64,000 nt of DNA from Felis catus. Lineage: Eukaryota. Within the stretch, counting starts at the first letter, position 1; the number at the start of each line of letters is the position of its first letter. The stretch covers positions 146,260,001-146,324,000 of the forward strand of contig NC_058368.1 of assembly GCF_018350175.1 (NCBI RefSeq), written 5' to 3'. The notes beneath the pieces were generated by a model. That model saw nothing but the letters and a program-made list of their open reading frames with translations, searched no databases and was not told where the DNA came from. This document shows, piece by piece, positions 14,251 through 26,978 of the stretch. The translations under genes and the position numbers were made by a program.

Positions 14251-15230
14251 TAAGACAGGTTAAAGGCACATGTGACAGTAACTTCAGATATCACTTAAAA
14301 TTGTCTTACATTTCACCAAAAAATGGAAGGCAACTGGTTAGTGACATGCAATGCCATGGTTCTTTGACTGTAAAAATCTACTGAGTGGAACATGCACTGT
14401 GGATTTAAAGCTACTCTGGCTGAAGGATTCAGAGGCAGGATACCTGAAGCTCCTGCATGAGAAGCTTATAGTCCCAAAGAACATAATCTAAAATCATATG
14501 ATCACAATCAGGGTGATTTCAGGCTTGCTAACCTAGAAATAACTCAAAGCATCATTAGGAAATTGTGATAACACGGTATATTAAAAGCTAGATACATGAA
14601 AAGTTTCCTAACTCGGGCAACTTAGAGATTTATCAGTATCACTTTGGCCTTTCCCATGTATTTCCCTACCTAGACATATTTCTGTAATATGCTATTTATT
14701 AATTAATAAATAAATGCTATTTAACACAGAAACTTTATTAGTTAGTAAAAACCAATACAATTATGCTGCTTGGTTTCTATGGCTGTAAGCCAGTAAATAT
14801 ATCTGCTGATAGAACTAATCAGGTCTATGATAATAGGCAATGAGAAAAGTAGCAATCTTTTATTGCTGCTTTTTAGTTCTGTATTATTTGAAGCAGTAAA
14901 AAATTAAGTTGTTATTTTCAACAGTGAAGTCATCAAGAACCTGCTTTATCCAACTGGTCTCTATACATCGTTACTTAAACATGGAATACTCACTGTAATG
15001 AAAGGGCAGTTTATTATGAATCTCATAAAAACGCATATTGTAACAAAAGGACAATGGCCTGTAAAAATTTCTCCTGGAGAAACTATTTCTTATATACAAG
15101 TCAAAATAAAATGGGGCCTAACATTTATAGAAACAGAAACAAAGTTTAAAAAAAAAAAAGCCTTTAAAGAGCTGAATGGACCAGTATATGCTTTACAGTA
15201 CAAACAGAAGCATGCCATTTCTTTGGTCTT

Positions 15231-15365
15231 CTATGTAGGAGAAATATACTACTACTCAGCCTCTACTGTAAGGCTGGCAGCCCTGAGAACTCCTTTTTCA
15301 ATGTAGCATGTAATGGATGTCTTCCTGCTCCCAAAGGAATGAGGAGCAGACATTTCCACATGCCA
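15231..15365 (-). ncRNA. SCARNA18: H/ACA scaRNA SCARNA18 (U109) in TMEM167A intron 2; guide for U1 snRNA pseudouridine 6
   Basis: Two hairpins (tggcatgt/acatgcta with ctgctcc/ggagcag; aggag/ctcct with agcct/aggct) and ACA 3 nt from the 3' end. 3' pocket strands CAGG (15282-15285) and AGUAU (15246-15250) are complementary to U1 AUACU-UA-CCUG, 14 nt from ACA. The host gene matches the known location. Confidence 0.9.
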
Positions 15366-15430
15366 TCTACTTTCTCCATAACTGTATTGGAAAGCTAAGT
15401 ATTGTGACTATTTTTTAATGAAATACTATG

Positions 15431-15610
15431 ATTATTATTTTATTTTTAGAGAGAGAGTGTGCACATTAACAGGGGAAAGAAAGGAAAAGGGAGGATCTTA
15501 AGCAGGCTCCACAGGAGCCCGACATAAGGCAGGATCCCAAGATCCTAGGAACATGATGTGAGCCGAAATTAAGAGTTGGATTTTCAACCAACTGAGCCAC
15601 GCAGGTGCCC
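15431..15610 (-). mobile_element. CAN-SINE (older subfamily)
   Basis: T-rich tail, (GA)n, ends actgagccacgcaggtgccc. Flanked by tgattatt repeats. Confidence 0.88.
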
Positions 15611-16375
15611 TGTGATTATTTTTTAATGAAATAAATAAATATGTTATTAGGTAGGTGTTATGTATTATATTCCAATACCAAGGAACAGATCAATGAGAAT
15701 GTTTACTGGTTTCTAACATATGCTTTAAGTTAATCGTCAGGGGAGGAAAGGCTTCATGCACAACTAAGCAACACGTAAGATTATACAACTTCAACAAACT
15801 GACATAGTACTATATAATTTCAACAAATGGACAAAGGATTAAAATGAATAAAGACTTAGTGCAAGAGGACTTCAGAGGAAAAAAAGGTGGAGTGAAGAGA
15901 AATCAATGTCTATGAAGGAAGAGGGGGATTGTCATAAAGACTGATGGACAAATAACCTCAGTATTGCTGTTTTACCTAGCAATAGATTATCAGTTTATTG
16001 GAACAGGATCACGAGATTTTCAATATTCACAACTGATTAGAGCTTCTACTTATTCCTTTACACATGTAAATAAAAAGAAAGAAATGTTAACAAAAACCAA
16101 GTAATTTAGATAATGGAATGTTTGGATAAATGCTAATTATGACCTCAATGATAAAATGGAAGTAAAGGAAAGAGAAGCAGAAATTATTACTTTCACAGTT
16201 GAGTATCTACCACCTTGCCTCTTGTAGATTTTTATTAGTGGAAAAGCAAAATTTGACTTTGCAGGATCCTAATCTGGCCTGATACAGGTTTGGAGACAAT
16301 TATTCCAATGTGAAGTATTCTTTCAGCTTTTATTTCTTAAAAGGATTAAACAGATATAGGCTTTTATCAAGAAAG

Positions 16376-16533
16376 GAGTTTGAGTCCCATGTTGGGCTCT
16401 GTGCTCGCAGCATGGAACCTACTTGGGATTCGTTCCCTCTCTCCCCTCTCTCCCGTTTCTCTGCCTCTCCCCTGCTCACATGCTCATGTGCTCTCCCTCT
16501 CTCTCTCAAAATAAAGTTAAAAAAAAAAAAAAA
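16376..16533 (+). mobile_element. 5'-truncated CAN-SINE
   Basis: gagtttgagtcccatgttgggctctgtgct...(CT)n...poly(A). Confidence 0.85.
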
Positions 16534-16669
16534 ACGCTTAAGAAAAGTATTCACATAAATTAATAAATATGCAAGGCAAATAAAATGTATACAGCTCCCA
16601 CCACATGGTCTCTGTTTTTTAATATACTCTTCCTTTTGGTTTAATTCAACATGTATTTCTGTATTATGT

Positions 16670-16897
16670 TTTTTTCTTTTTTTAAAGCTTACTTATTTTG
16701 AGAGGGAGAAAGAGAGTGTATGCACCCGTGTGCATGTATGGGGGACAAGCAGAGACAGAGGGACAGAGAAAATCCCAAACAGGCTCCGTGCTGTGAGCAT
16801 GAGCCCAAACTAGACTCCATCTCAGTAACTGTGAGATCATGACCTGAGCCAAAATCAAGAGTTGGACGCTTAACTGACTGAGCCATCCAATTGCCCC
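16670..16897 (-). mobile_element. CAN-SINE
   Basis: Full-length. TSD atttctgtatt. Confidence 0.9.
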
Positions 16898-17399
16898 ATA
16901 TTTCTGTATTGTGAATATGGCACTTAAAAATTTTAATTCTGTGTATCATATTAAGCTCAGATTTTTTTCAGGGTATGAACATATAATAAAACAGATGTGA
17001 CATGCCCAAGACTTAATTTTTATTACTGTGTTAAGTTAGCTACATAAATTTCTCTAAAGATGTTTGCTTTATGATACTGACAGGGAGCTCCTATGATTAG
17101 AGCAGTCTTACACTGGAGAGGGAATGTCTACATTATTATTTTTATGGACACAGTGCTTGCAAACTGTTAAATGCTTCAAAAATATAACTTTGTTTTTAAT
17201 ACCAACTTTACCAATTATTCTATAAAAAGTAAGGCGAAATACTGTCTTTGAAAGTACTAAACTGTATTTCTAATCCCAGAAAAAAACACAACTCCCATCT
17301 TTTTTTAAATACACTTTTTTTTTTCAGTTGAACACATTTCAGGTTACTTCTGGTATTTATCTTTTTATTTAGTAAGATTCTATGAATAGAAAGTTTTCC

Positions 17400-17632
17400 G
17401 TTTTTAAAAAATACATTTTGTTAAAGTTTATTTATTCATTTATTTTGAGAGAGAGAGAGGGGAAAACTTGAGCAGGGGAGAGGCAGAGAGAAAGGGAAAG
17501 GGAATCTCAAGTAGGTCCTGTACTGTCAGTGTGGGGCCTGGCATGAGGCTCGAACCTATGAGCCATGGGATCATGACCTGAGCTGGAACCAAGAGTTGGA
17601 CACTTAACCCACTGGGCCACGCAGCCATCCCC
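17400..17632 (-). mobile_element. CAN-SINE
   Basis: Full-length. TSD aaagttttc. Confidence 0.9.
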
Positions 17633-17793
17633 AAAGTTTTCAGATTTTGAAAAACAGAGGAGAAAATAATGTAAAAAGTTATTATAAAAATAATTTATAT
17701 ATAGGCATTAAATTATTTAATGACTTTTATGGTAATTTACCCTCAATGTCTATAAGAACTAATATGGGTGATTAGATATCATTAGTAACATAC

Positions 17794-17903
17794 CCAGTTT
17801 TATTTCTGTCCAGGAGGCTGGGTGCCAAAGATCGGATATAAGCACAGGTACATATAAGCAGCAAGATTACAGTCAACAGACTCTGAAAATTGAAAATGGC
17901 AGA
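17794..17903 (-). CDS. TMEM167A: TMEM167A coding exon 2 (110 nt)
   Basis: ttttag|TCTGCC...ACTGG|gtatgt. Encodes [36 protein letters not shown](G), recognised as kish-A. Confidence 0.97.
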
Positions 17904-18979
17904 CTAAAAAAGAGAAAAAGAAAAATTAATATCACAAGAAAAACTGCATAGGTAAAAACTGTCAGAAAATTCCATATTAAGAATCATAGTTTTGTTCTTC
18001 AAAAAAGGCAAACAGAATGACATGTCTGAGAATACTTAAAACCCCAAATCATAAGGTATTCAGAGAGTGTACTTTCCTCTCCATTCTTTGGGCTAAGGAA
18101 TGCAGAAGATGCAACAAAAATTCTAAATTCAAGAATTTGAAAACATTACCAAAAATGTCATGAATCCAAGGAACTCACCAAAACTCAATCATTATATAAT
18201 TAATACAGATGTTCTAGGAACCCAGACTATGAGGCAGGACAGAGAGTCTCCATGCTCTGCCTGTAGCTGGCCATAGGACTTCAGTTGAATCACTGACCTA
18301 AGGCTGTCTTTCACATCTGTAAACCTTGGTGGGCAGTGGGGATACAGACTAAATGTTGGCTCACGTTTCTTTCAATTCTTAAATTCTTTTAGAGTAAGAA
18401 TGCTTTAAATTTAGGCAATCATGTTCCATGCATTGACTAATACTAGGCTATTAGGTTTTGGTGAAAGAAAACCACTTGCTCTTTCACTGTTGGTTCCTTA
18501 AAAGTTATTGAAATAATTTAACACAGGAATGATTGGAAATCACAGTTTTTCAGTCAAATTAAAATGGAGGCGGGCTTAGTCTACTCAAAATTCAGCTCAA
18601 ACATCATCTTTTCCGGGAAGTTTCTTTGGACCCATCTGCCTCCCCTCTCCTATTTCATAAAAAACTCTCCTTTCTGTTCCCACACAAACTGTTACACATT
18701 TTATAATACTCATCCCTGAAAGTGGACATTGCCTTATCAGAGTCTGAACTCCAGCACCTACCTGACAAGGCACCTACCACAGAGCAGACCAAGAAGTAAT
18801 GGCTGAATAAATAAAACAAATTTTTGAAGGTGCAAGAATACCACTATATAAATAATAAAGAAAAATTGTTTCCATTTTACACAGGTAGATAAAATACATC
18901 AATCTTACACAGCAGCTAGTAATACGCTTAATTAGTAAACCCAGAGGCACCTCCCATAGTGTCAGAAGTTAAAGAATAG

Positions 18980-19480
18980 GAGTTATAAAAATTTGTTGAG
19001 AAAGGCAAAATTGTTACTTGTAAATGTTAAGTGCTACCTGAAAAGCCCAAAAGAATTTAGTGAAAAACAATTACAGACAATAAGGGAATTCGGTGTGGCT
19101 GGGTACACAACTTAAATATTTAAATCAGTAGCTTCATGACTGTATTACCAACTGGTTGAAAGACATAATGGAAAAAAGTCTCTATTTGTAACAGCAACTA
19201 GAACAAAAAGCTGAAATATCCAGGAATAAGCTTAACAAAAAATGCAGTACTGGCATTAAAGAACAAAATTGACAAAACCTTTAAACATACCGAAAAACAT
19301 AAAATTAGAATGGAGTGGTATATGAGGTTCTTACACTGGAAGGTAACATCATAAAGCTAATCTGTAAGTTTACAGTGTACTCAACACCAACCAGTTATTT
19401 TCAAAATAGACAACTGACTTTGAAGTTCATATGGAAAAATAAAGCAAGAATAGCCTGAAGAATCCTAAAAGAAGAACTAG
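18980..19480 (+). mobile_element. Old L1 (L1M) ORF2 fragment
   Basis: A-rich degenerate ORF2 motifs (ctacctgaaaagcccaaaagaat, ggaataagcttaacaaaaaatg, aagttcatatggaaaaataaagcaagaatagcc). Confidence 0.7.
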
Positions 19481-21324
19481 ACATGTCAGAAGATATCAAT
19501 ATTTTTTAACCTCTTATGTGTTTTTATGGCAAATATGTACAAACTATTTAAAACATTAAGATAATTACATGTTATTTTCCAATATTAAGGACAAAAAATG
19601 CTTATGTACAATGACAGTGGGGAAAACAGTACACAAAATTCCATAATCAGTGTATCTTTAGCTATGTAAACCTTATACAAGCAAGAGGGGAGAATGCAGT
19701 GATTATCTCTGGAAGGTTTTTAACCCAATTCTCAACTTTTCTGGATTTCTCTGATTTCCTAAGTGTTATATTTATAGTCTGAAAAAGATAAAAAATGACT
19801 TGCATTATTAATAGTTGTTTTGCTTGCAAATCATTTCTTAATGGATACACAAAGGTAAAGTTTAATATGGCTTGGTTTTTTCTGAACTGGATTTTAATTT
19901 TACATCTGTGAAAACAAGTGATACAAATTTTATAACTTAAATCAATAAATGAACTCTAAAGACAAATTTTATATACAAAACACAGTATTTCACAATGCTT
20001 GTCTTTTAAAGACCGTATTTTGAACATGTACTATGAATTTATTGATATAGTATTTGATAACAACCTCATGAAATATAAAGCACAGATTTCTTTCCAGCCA
20101 AAGTAACTAAACATGTATTTAGTATCTATGGGGTCTGAGGCACGAGGCTAGACACAGGATTAAAAAAGACACAGCAGGATTCCTTCCCTTCAGGAGTTTA
20201 CAGCTAATGATAACTGATATTCACTGAGAGCTTCTTTTGGATTATCTTGTTTATCCTGGTATATTTGAGGTAGGTGTTACTAATACCTTTATTTTATACA
20301 TGAGACAACTGAGGCATACAGCATTTACAATCAAGTTAGAACAGGTCATGTATTTTTAACAAGTAAACAGCAACTCCTTGTAGCCTATGTAAGTGGTTAG
20401 TTACTAAGCCATGAGGACAAAAAAAAAATGCTGTTTTCATAAAGAAAAGTCAGGAAAAGCTTCAAGAAGAAAGCAAGGACTGAAGTCAAATCATGAAAGG
20501 GCACAACTGGATTGGCAAATAGAGAGCAGGCTCCAGAAGAGACAAGAGCATGGAAAACATCCCCATAGAATCGAGAACTTGCATGTTCAGGGAATAATGA
20601 GCAGACTTACTGTATTAAGCAAAGGACCTATGCAGTAAACTGGCTGGGAAATCAGTTTGCCACATAGGTTTATCGCATTCCTAATGGAGTATCTAAATCT
20701 CCCAATTTTGCAATGTGTATTTTTTCCTTCCCTAAATGTCTAGTTAAAAAAAATGCTTAAATGATAGGATGTCTGGGACTGGTTTCTAAATAATCCATTT
20801 TGTGTGATGGGAGGAGTGTGGTTGATGATGAAATGCTGAGTAGATGAGGCTTCATTATACTCTTCTTCCTACCTTTGTATGTTTGAATTTTTATATAGTA
20901 AAAGAATTTAAGGGGCACTTAGAGAGACATGCCTGTTATTAAAGAATTGGAATGTGTATGTATACATTTGTGTGTGAAACAATTTATAAATAAAAACCAG
21001 TTACAAGTGTGCAATATAAGATACAGACAACTTTGTTTCTAGGGTTTATAGACCCTAAGATTTAAACAAATAATCTTAGGTGGTATATAGTCTTTTACAT
21101 GTACTCAGACTGACCAAAAAAGAATGTTTCAAACATCCAGACATTAGCCTACCACTGCTTACTGTACCTAAGCATTCCTTTTAAAGCTTAGCATCTGTTG
21201 TCTGCCGACACAAAATTTTAGTCTAAGGTTTAAAGGAAACAGATGTTCCTGTTCTTGTAGCAAAATAATTAGGATTTGTTTAAAATGTTATAAAATTAAA
21301 ATGTTATTAAAATGTTATAAAGTT

Positions 21325-21544
21325 GGGGCGCCTGGGTGGCTCAGTCGGTTAAGCATCCAACTTTGGCTCAGGTCACGATCTCACAGTCTGTGAGTTCGAG
21401 CCCCGCGTCGGGCTCTGTGCTGACAGCTCAGAGCCTGGAGCCTGTTTCAGATTCTGTGTCTCCCTCTCTCTCTGACCCTCCCCTATTCGTGCTCTCTCTC
21501 TGTCTCAAAAATAAATAAACGTTAAAAAAAAAAATAAATAAAAA
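21325..21544 (+). mobile_element. Felid CAN-SINE (SINEC_Fc-like)
   Basis: ggggcgcctgggtggctcagtcggttaagc... TSD aaaatgttataaagtt. Confidence 0.95.
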
Positions 21545-22509
21545 TGTTATAAAGTTATAAAAATGTTATTAAAAAGGAAGAAGCTAAGATTACAAAATAG
21601 AAAAGATTTTTAAAAAGGTGATAAGGGAAATAAAGTTAATTTACTGTTTTGTTCAGTTCATGACATCTTTTTCAAGGTGCTCTGTGTTTTTGCAGACTAT
21701 TTTTGCCTGCATGGTGAACTGACTCAAACTTCTGGTTTCAACTTGAGTCCCCTCTGTGAAGTCTTCCCTGTCCCCACTTGCTACACCAAGCAGAGGTTGA
21801 GATAATTGTGCAGGTGTATATATATATGATAGCACCCATCAAACTGTAATGGTGTCCTCTATTTTATTGAGGTCCTTATCAACCCCTTGTTCCTATTAAA
21901 CAGAATAGTGCACAGAATTCACTGAAATATGCTGAATGAACAGCAACTTAAAAACTGCAAAATAACAATTTTAACAAATTCAGGAGCATATTTAAATGCC
22001 AAATCAACAATGTATGCTATTAAAAAAAGCGTAGATTAGACTGTTGAGTATTTTGTTAACTATTCCAGAGAAACTGCCACGCACTGCTCTGCATTTATAT
22101 TTACTTGTCAATGGTATTTTGGAAAATGCAAATGGAAGAAGCAATACCCTTACGTTTATGTTAAGGGCCCAGGCTGTAGGGTAAAATCAAGGCCCAAGGT
22201 TAATTCCCTCTCCGTATCTAAACTTTGTTTGGTCACCAACTGGAATTCAAAGAAAGTCCTACCAAGAAGCCAGCTTCACAGTACTTGCATATGGGACAAT
22301 GAGTGTTCTTCTGACTCTGCCTGGATGACGGAGTACGCTAGCTGGCTGGCAGAAAATTCTAGAACCTCAGATAATTCTCAAGTCTAAGGCTTATTTACAT
22401 AATTTTCAGTCAGACAACACCAGGGAGTTATACAATGGTATGCTACCCAGTTTAACAAATTCAGCTATTAAACATCAAATAATTCACATTGCAACTAAGG
22501 AGTTATAAA

Positions 22510-23050
22510 TCATTCCTTTTGGAGGCTCTAGGAAAAAAAAATGTTTTCTGGCCTTCTCCAGTTTCTAGAGGCTTTCTGCAATTCTTGGCTAGTGACTCAT
22601 CACAGGGACCTTGATACTTCTTTTGTGACTATGACCTGACTGCTTTTTTTTTTTTTTTTTTTAACATTTATTTTATTTTTGAGAGACAGAGCATGAGCAG
22701 GGGAGGGGCAGAAAGAGACACAGAATCCAAAGCACGGTCCAGGCTCTGAGCTGTCAGCACAGATGCGGGGCTCAATCTCACAAACTGTGAGATCATGATC
22801 TGAGCCAAGGTCAAGAATTGGGACGCTCAACCGACTGAGCCACCCTACTACTTACTTCTTAAAGGAAATCTTATGATTAAATTTCTCTCTGTCCCCATAA
22901 TTCCAGATAATCTTCCCATTCGAGAATGTTTAGCTTAATCCCATATGCCAGTTCTCTTTTGCTTAATAAGATACCATATTTACAGGGTTTGTTTTTTTGT
23001 TTTGTTTTGTGTTTTTGAAGTGGTGGAGGGCATTTTGTCTATCATACCTA
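22510..23050. mobile_element. MLT1-like (MaLR) LTR fragment interrupted by a SINE
   Basis: cttttggaggctctagg...gccttctccagtttctagaggc...ataattccagataatcttcccatt...accatatttacagg. Confidence 0.6.
22644..22845 (-). mobile_element. CAN-SINE
   Basis: Poly(T) then SINE body ending gactgagccaccc. Confidence 0.9.
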
Positions 23051-26000
23051 ACAAATATTTTTTATTAAGAGGCATCCAATAACATTCCCTCAACTCAGGG
23101 CTACCTATGACACTCTCTGGAGCATAACCTCAAATACAACCAGGACAGTAATACTTGGGGTTGTGGATCACAGCAGCCTTGCCTTTTGACCATTAGTCTG
23201 AGAGTTGTGTTTATTCTTCAAAATGATACGGTGGAGATCCTAAAATATTTTTCTCCGAAGGCGCCTTTTATTATCCCTCCACAGTAGTAGATAGTAGCCC
23301 TATCTACTACTCACAGCTGATCAGACCTTCTGATATGCTTCAAATAATTAGTGCTATTGTACTAAATCAAATTATACAAATGTGAAGGAAATAAACTCAA
23401 CAAGTCACTTTGTGTAACCATTCTGAAGTATATCACAATTTGTTAAGCAATCTGAAATAATGAAAATAATCCAGACTTTCATCTGGCCACCACTAACGAA
23501 AAAAATTTATCAGTGAATTGATGCAGAAGGTTTGATGCAAGGCTTAGTGCTGAAACAAAAAATTACTTGTGATGTTAACACATCTTTTAAAAACTCCCTA
23601 CTCTCAAGTCAATTTGAAAAGTTAGGAATATTTATTTCAGATTCAATTTTTATCATTTTATCTATGAAGATACAATTTCTTATTTTTAGTCATTCCTGAA
23701 TATTAAAACTGTCTTCATTAGGTTTGTATATAAAGGGAAGAGTTCAGTGTAAGGTTTTGCTTTTAGATGTATATATAAAAATAGTCTAAGAAACCACCCA
23801 AAACATTAGGAATAGAGGGAAAAATAGGAGAAAAGATCCCAGCAGTAGAAAGGCACAAAGAAGCAATGAGAAAAGCAGCAGAAATATACATATTAATAGG
23901 CTGAACAGTTCTTTGGTGTCCTCAATGACTGGTTGCTAACTGTACTTAATCTGCAGAAAAGACTGCCTAAGCCTACAGTATTTTCATTAGTCCTGGATCA
24001 CTTGAGCTCCTTGTAGCTTATTTATTTTTATCATTATCAAAACAAATTGTTTAACCAATTTATTGATTAAGGGCCTTCCTTATAACACTGTCTGGGGGCT
24101 TCAAATGTTGATTGCCTCTTATGTGGTAAGTGACTGACATATTAATTTTTCCAGTTTTACTGAAATTCACTTTAAAACAAGAACTGAATACCAAAGACTT
24201 AAACTTTTACAAGTCCAAATAATAATAATTTTAATAGTTTTAATACTTACTGCTTTTACACAAAAGTAGTGATTTATCCTTCTCCAGAGGTGGAAGGAGA
24301 CCCCAGAAATGATATTTGACCTAATTGTGATAAAAATTATATAGCACTGCAAAAGTGGGTCAGCATTTTATCATTTACAATTCTAGGTCAGGCCAGCATT
24401 TTCTAACTAGTTTCTACTTGTAAATTTATACGTAACACTATTTGCTCTTAGAATAGAAAACATGGAAATGCAGGAATAAATGAAGCCTGTATGTAAATGT
24501 GCAAACACTTGCCCCACACAGGTGACCACAGGTGATTACTAATATTCATTAACACACAGAAATATTAACATTTTCTTTTGGTGTTGTTAGCACCTAAGAT
24601 CAATCTTTGTTGCTGACTGTAAGACAGCACTGAAATTGTACCAAATACACAGATTATCTTGGTTTCAGATGAAACCAAGAAACCAGGATTGCTTAATGTT
24701 TTAATGTTAAATAACGGTCTCTCAACATGAGTGCCTACTAAACATTTGGATTATTTAGGAAATTATCCAAGTATATAAATTTGTTCTTGGATAAATCCAT
24801 TACCTCTACATAGCAGTTTAATTTCAATTGTAAAATGAGGAGCTAGAGTAAATAGCCATTTGATCTTACTGGTCCTCTTTCAAATGGTAGAGAGAGACCT
24901 TTCCTACTTCCACTTTCCACTTAAAATTAAGAACTTTCATGGCTATGAGGAAAGCTACAGTCCAGAGAAAAGCACCTCAATTCTGTTCTCCATTGGCAAC
25001 ACAGATGGTCATTTGCACTTAGTTTCATCTCACTGTCATGGTATCTATAATGCATTTACTGTGTTTGTATTGCTTAGTTTCCGAGCGATTTTATGAACGC
25101 CACAGATCTAAATATAAAGCAACAAGGGGATCAAAGGTGTTAATAGGAGAAAGCATACATAACTATGGTGAGCAGTAGGCTTAAAAAAAATAAAGCAAAA
25201 AATACTTCACATGTTGTTGATAATTTCATAAGACAAAAGTATTCCAAAGGACAAAGTGCAACTCCTGTTATGAAGAAAAGTGTTCTGACCATGAAATCGG
25301 AAATGTGGCATGAAGCTTGGCTGTTCATAAGAATCACTTGGAGCTTTTAAAGACTGTCAATGCCCAGATTTGGACTGAATTGGTTGGGCATTGAATTTCT
25401 CAAAGTCCTTTCCACTACACGTTATTTCTCTTTATCATCTCCGACAACACATTGAATTTGCTTATTTAATAATCTCCCCCAGTGGACTGTGAACTCCTTT
25501 AAGACACCGGGCAAGACTTTGTGTCCTCAGACTTGCAATCATTTGAGGACTAGCTAACTGCCATTGTGATGTAGATATCAAAAGACCTGGTTATCTACTT
25601 CAGAAACTCTAGCTAAAAAGAAATAAAGGTCACAAGGTATTGCTGTTTTCTGCTACGCTGGAGGGATACTGGAGATAATATAAAGTACTATAGACCCCAA
25701 ATGAGATCCAGGAGAAAACAGAAGAAGGGAAGGTTTCTTATGAAAAGATGAAACTTGAGATACATCTTGAAGGATGTTAAGAGCTAGGGAGAACAAGGCA
25801 TTCTGAAGTTCTTAAAAGTATTCATTCATAAGTGATATAGTTATCAGATTGTGTTCTAGTAGTTGTAAATAATTATGGCTGATAAACCTTTTATGGCTGT
25901 GAAATTGCATTTTAAAAATGGATTCATTAGAATACAGTAATTCAAATTTAAGTCATGATCACTGAGTTACCTCACAAATACACAAGTTGAGGTGCAAATT

Positions 26001-26618
26001 CAAAAAGGAACTTCATTGTATAGCTCTTTGAACTACAGGGTACTTGCTTTCTCAAAAATGCTGACATTCTAAGCTCAGAGGAACAGAGCAGGAAAGAAAT
26101 ACTAACCACCTGGCAGTTGTTTCTATTATCCATCCATGTAAGATTGGCATACTTGAGCAACAAATCACTAAGACATACTTTATCTTCCATTATGTTGTTT
26201 TTCTTACCAACAGCATGAAGATTTCTGGCATCTGGATATTAAAATAAATTTGAGTCCTGGCTCTACTAAGTGTACAATCCCAAGCAGGTCAGTCTCCTTG
26301 TGTTTGACTTCCTTCACCTGTAAACATCTACTCAGACATTATAGGCTTGAAATAAGACAGTGCTTATAAGTTGATGTTTTGAACACAGTCTGGCATACAG
26401 CAAGTGCTAATGAGAGCTATTCTTGTTACTTTTGAAAAAACAAGTATAGCTAGACAGTTTAAATACTGATGATCTTAAACACATTATCTGTCTTGCTATT
26501 AGCTAGATCATGAGACACTAAGATGATGAAAATAATAGATCTTTGACTTGTACTAAGAGTAAAATAATTCAACCTTAACATCTATGAAGCTATGCAAGAA
26601 TTAAGAGTAACTGTCTCT

Positions 26619-26701
26619 AGGGCCACTTGGCTGATTCAGTAGGTAGAGCATGTGACTTGCTCTCTGGGTCTACCTCGAATTGGGGGTAGAGAGTACTTAA
26701 A
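26619..26701 (+). mobile_element. Short, internally deleted old CAN-SINE
   Basis: A-box-like tggctgattcagtaggtagagcatgtgact. Flanked by aagagtaactgtctcta / aagagtaacagactcta TSD. Confidence 0.7.
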
Positions 26702-26795
26702 AGAGTAACAGACTCTACCATTTTTAAATTGAAAAAAGGAAGATTTTCTAAGTTCAGCAACAGTTCACTAATGGCAATCTTTAAGAGCAAGTGTA

Positions 26796-26978
26796 GGGCC
26801 ACCTGGGTGGCTCAGCCGGTTAAGACTCTGAATCTCGATTTCGGCTTAGGTTATGATCGCAGGGTTTGTGAGTTCAAGCCCTGCGTCCAGCTCTGCGCCA
26901 ACAGCACAGAGCCTGCTTGGGATCCTCTCTCATGCTCTCAAAATAAATAAGTAATTTTTAAAAAATTTAAAAAAAAAT
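26796..26978 (+). mobile_element. CAN-SINE
   Basis: gggccacctgggtggctcagccggttaag... TSD gagcaagtgta. Confidence 0.9.

Noticed and set aside
14385..14460. Minus-strand hairpin ending tccACAgtg with slight similarity to the SCARNA18 3' hairpin
   Set aside because: Only 10 nt from the upper stem to ACA, no clear pocket, and no partner hairpin or H box.
15366..15610. SINE Pol III read-through into SCARNA18 (same strand, ~65 nt upstream)
   Set aside because: A T4 terminator-like run lies inside the SINE (15485-15488) and the copy is diverged.
17056..17190. Possible second H/ACA RNA in TMEM167A intron 2
   Set aside because: ANANNA and ACA motifs are present but I could not build convincing stems.
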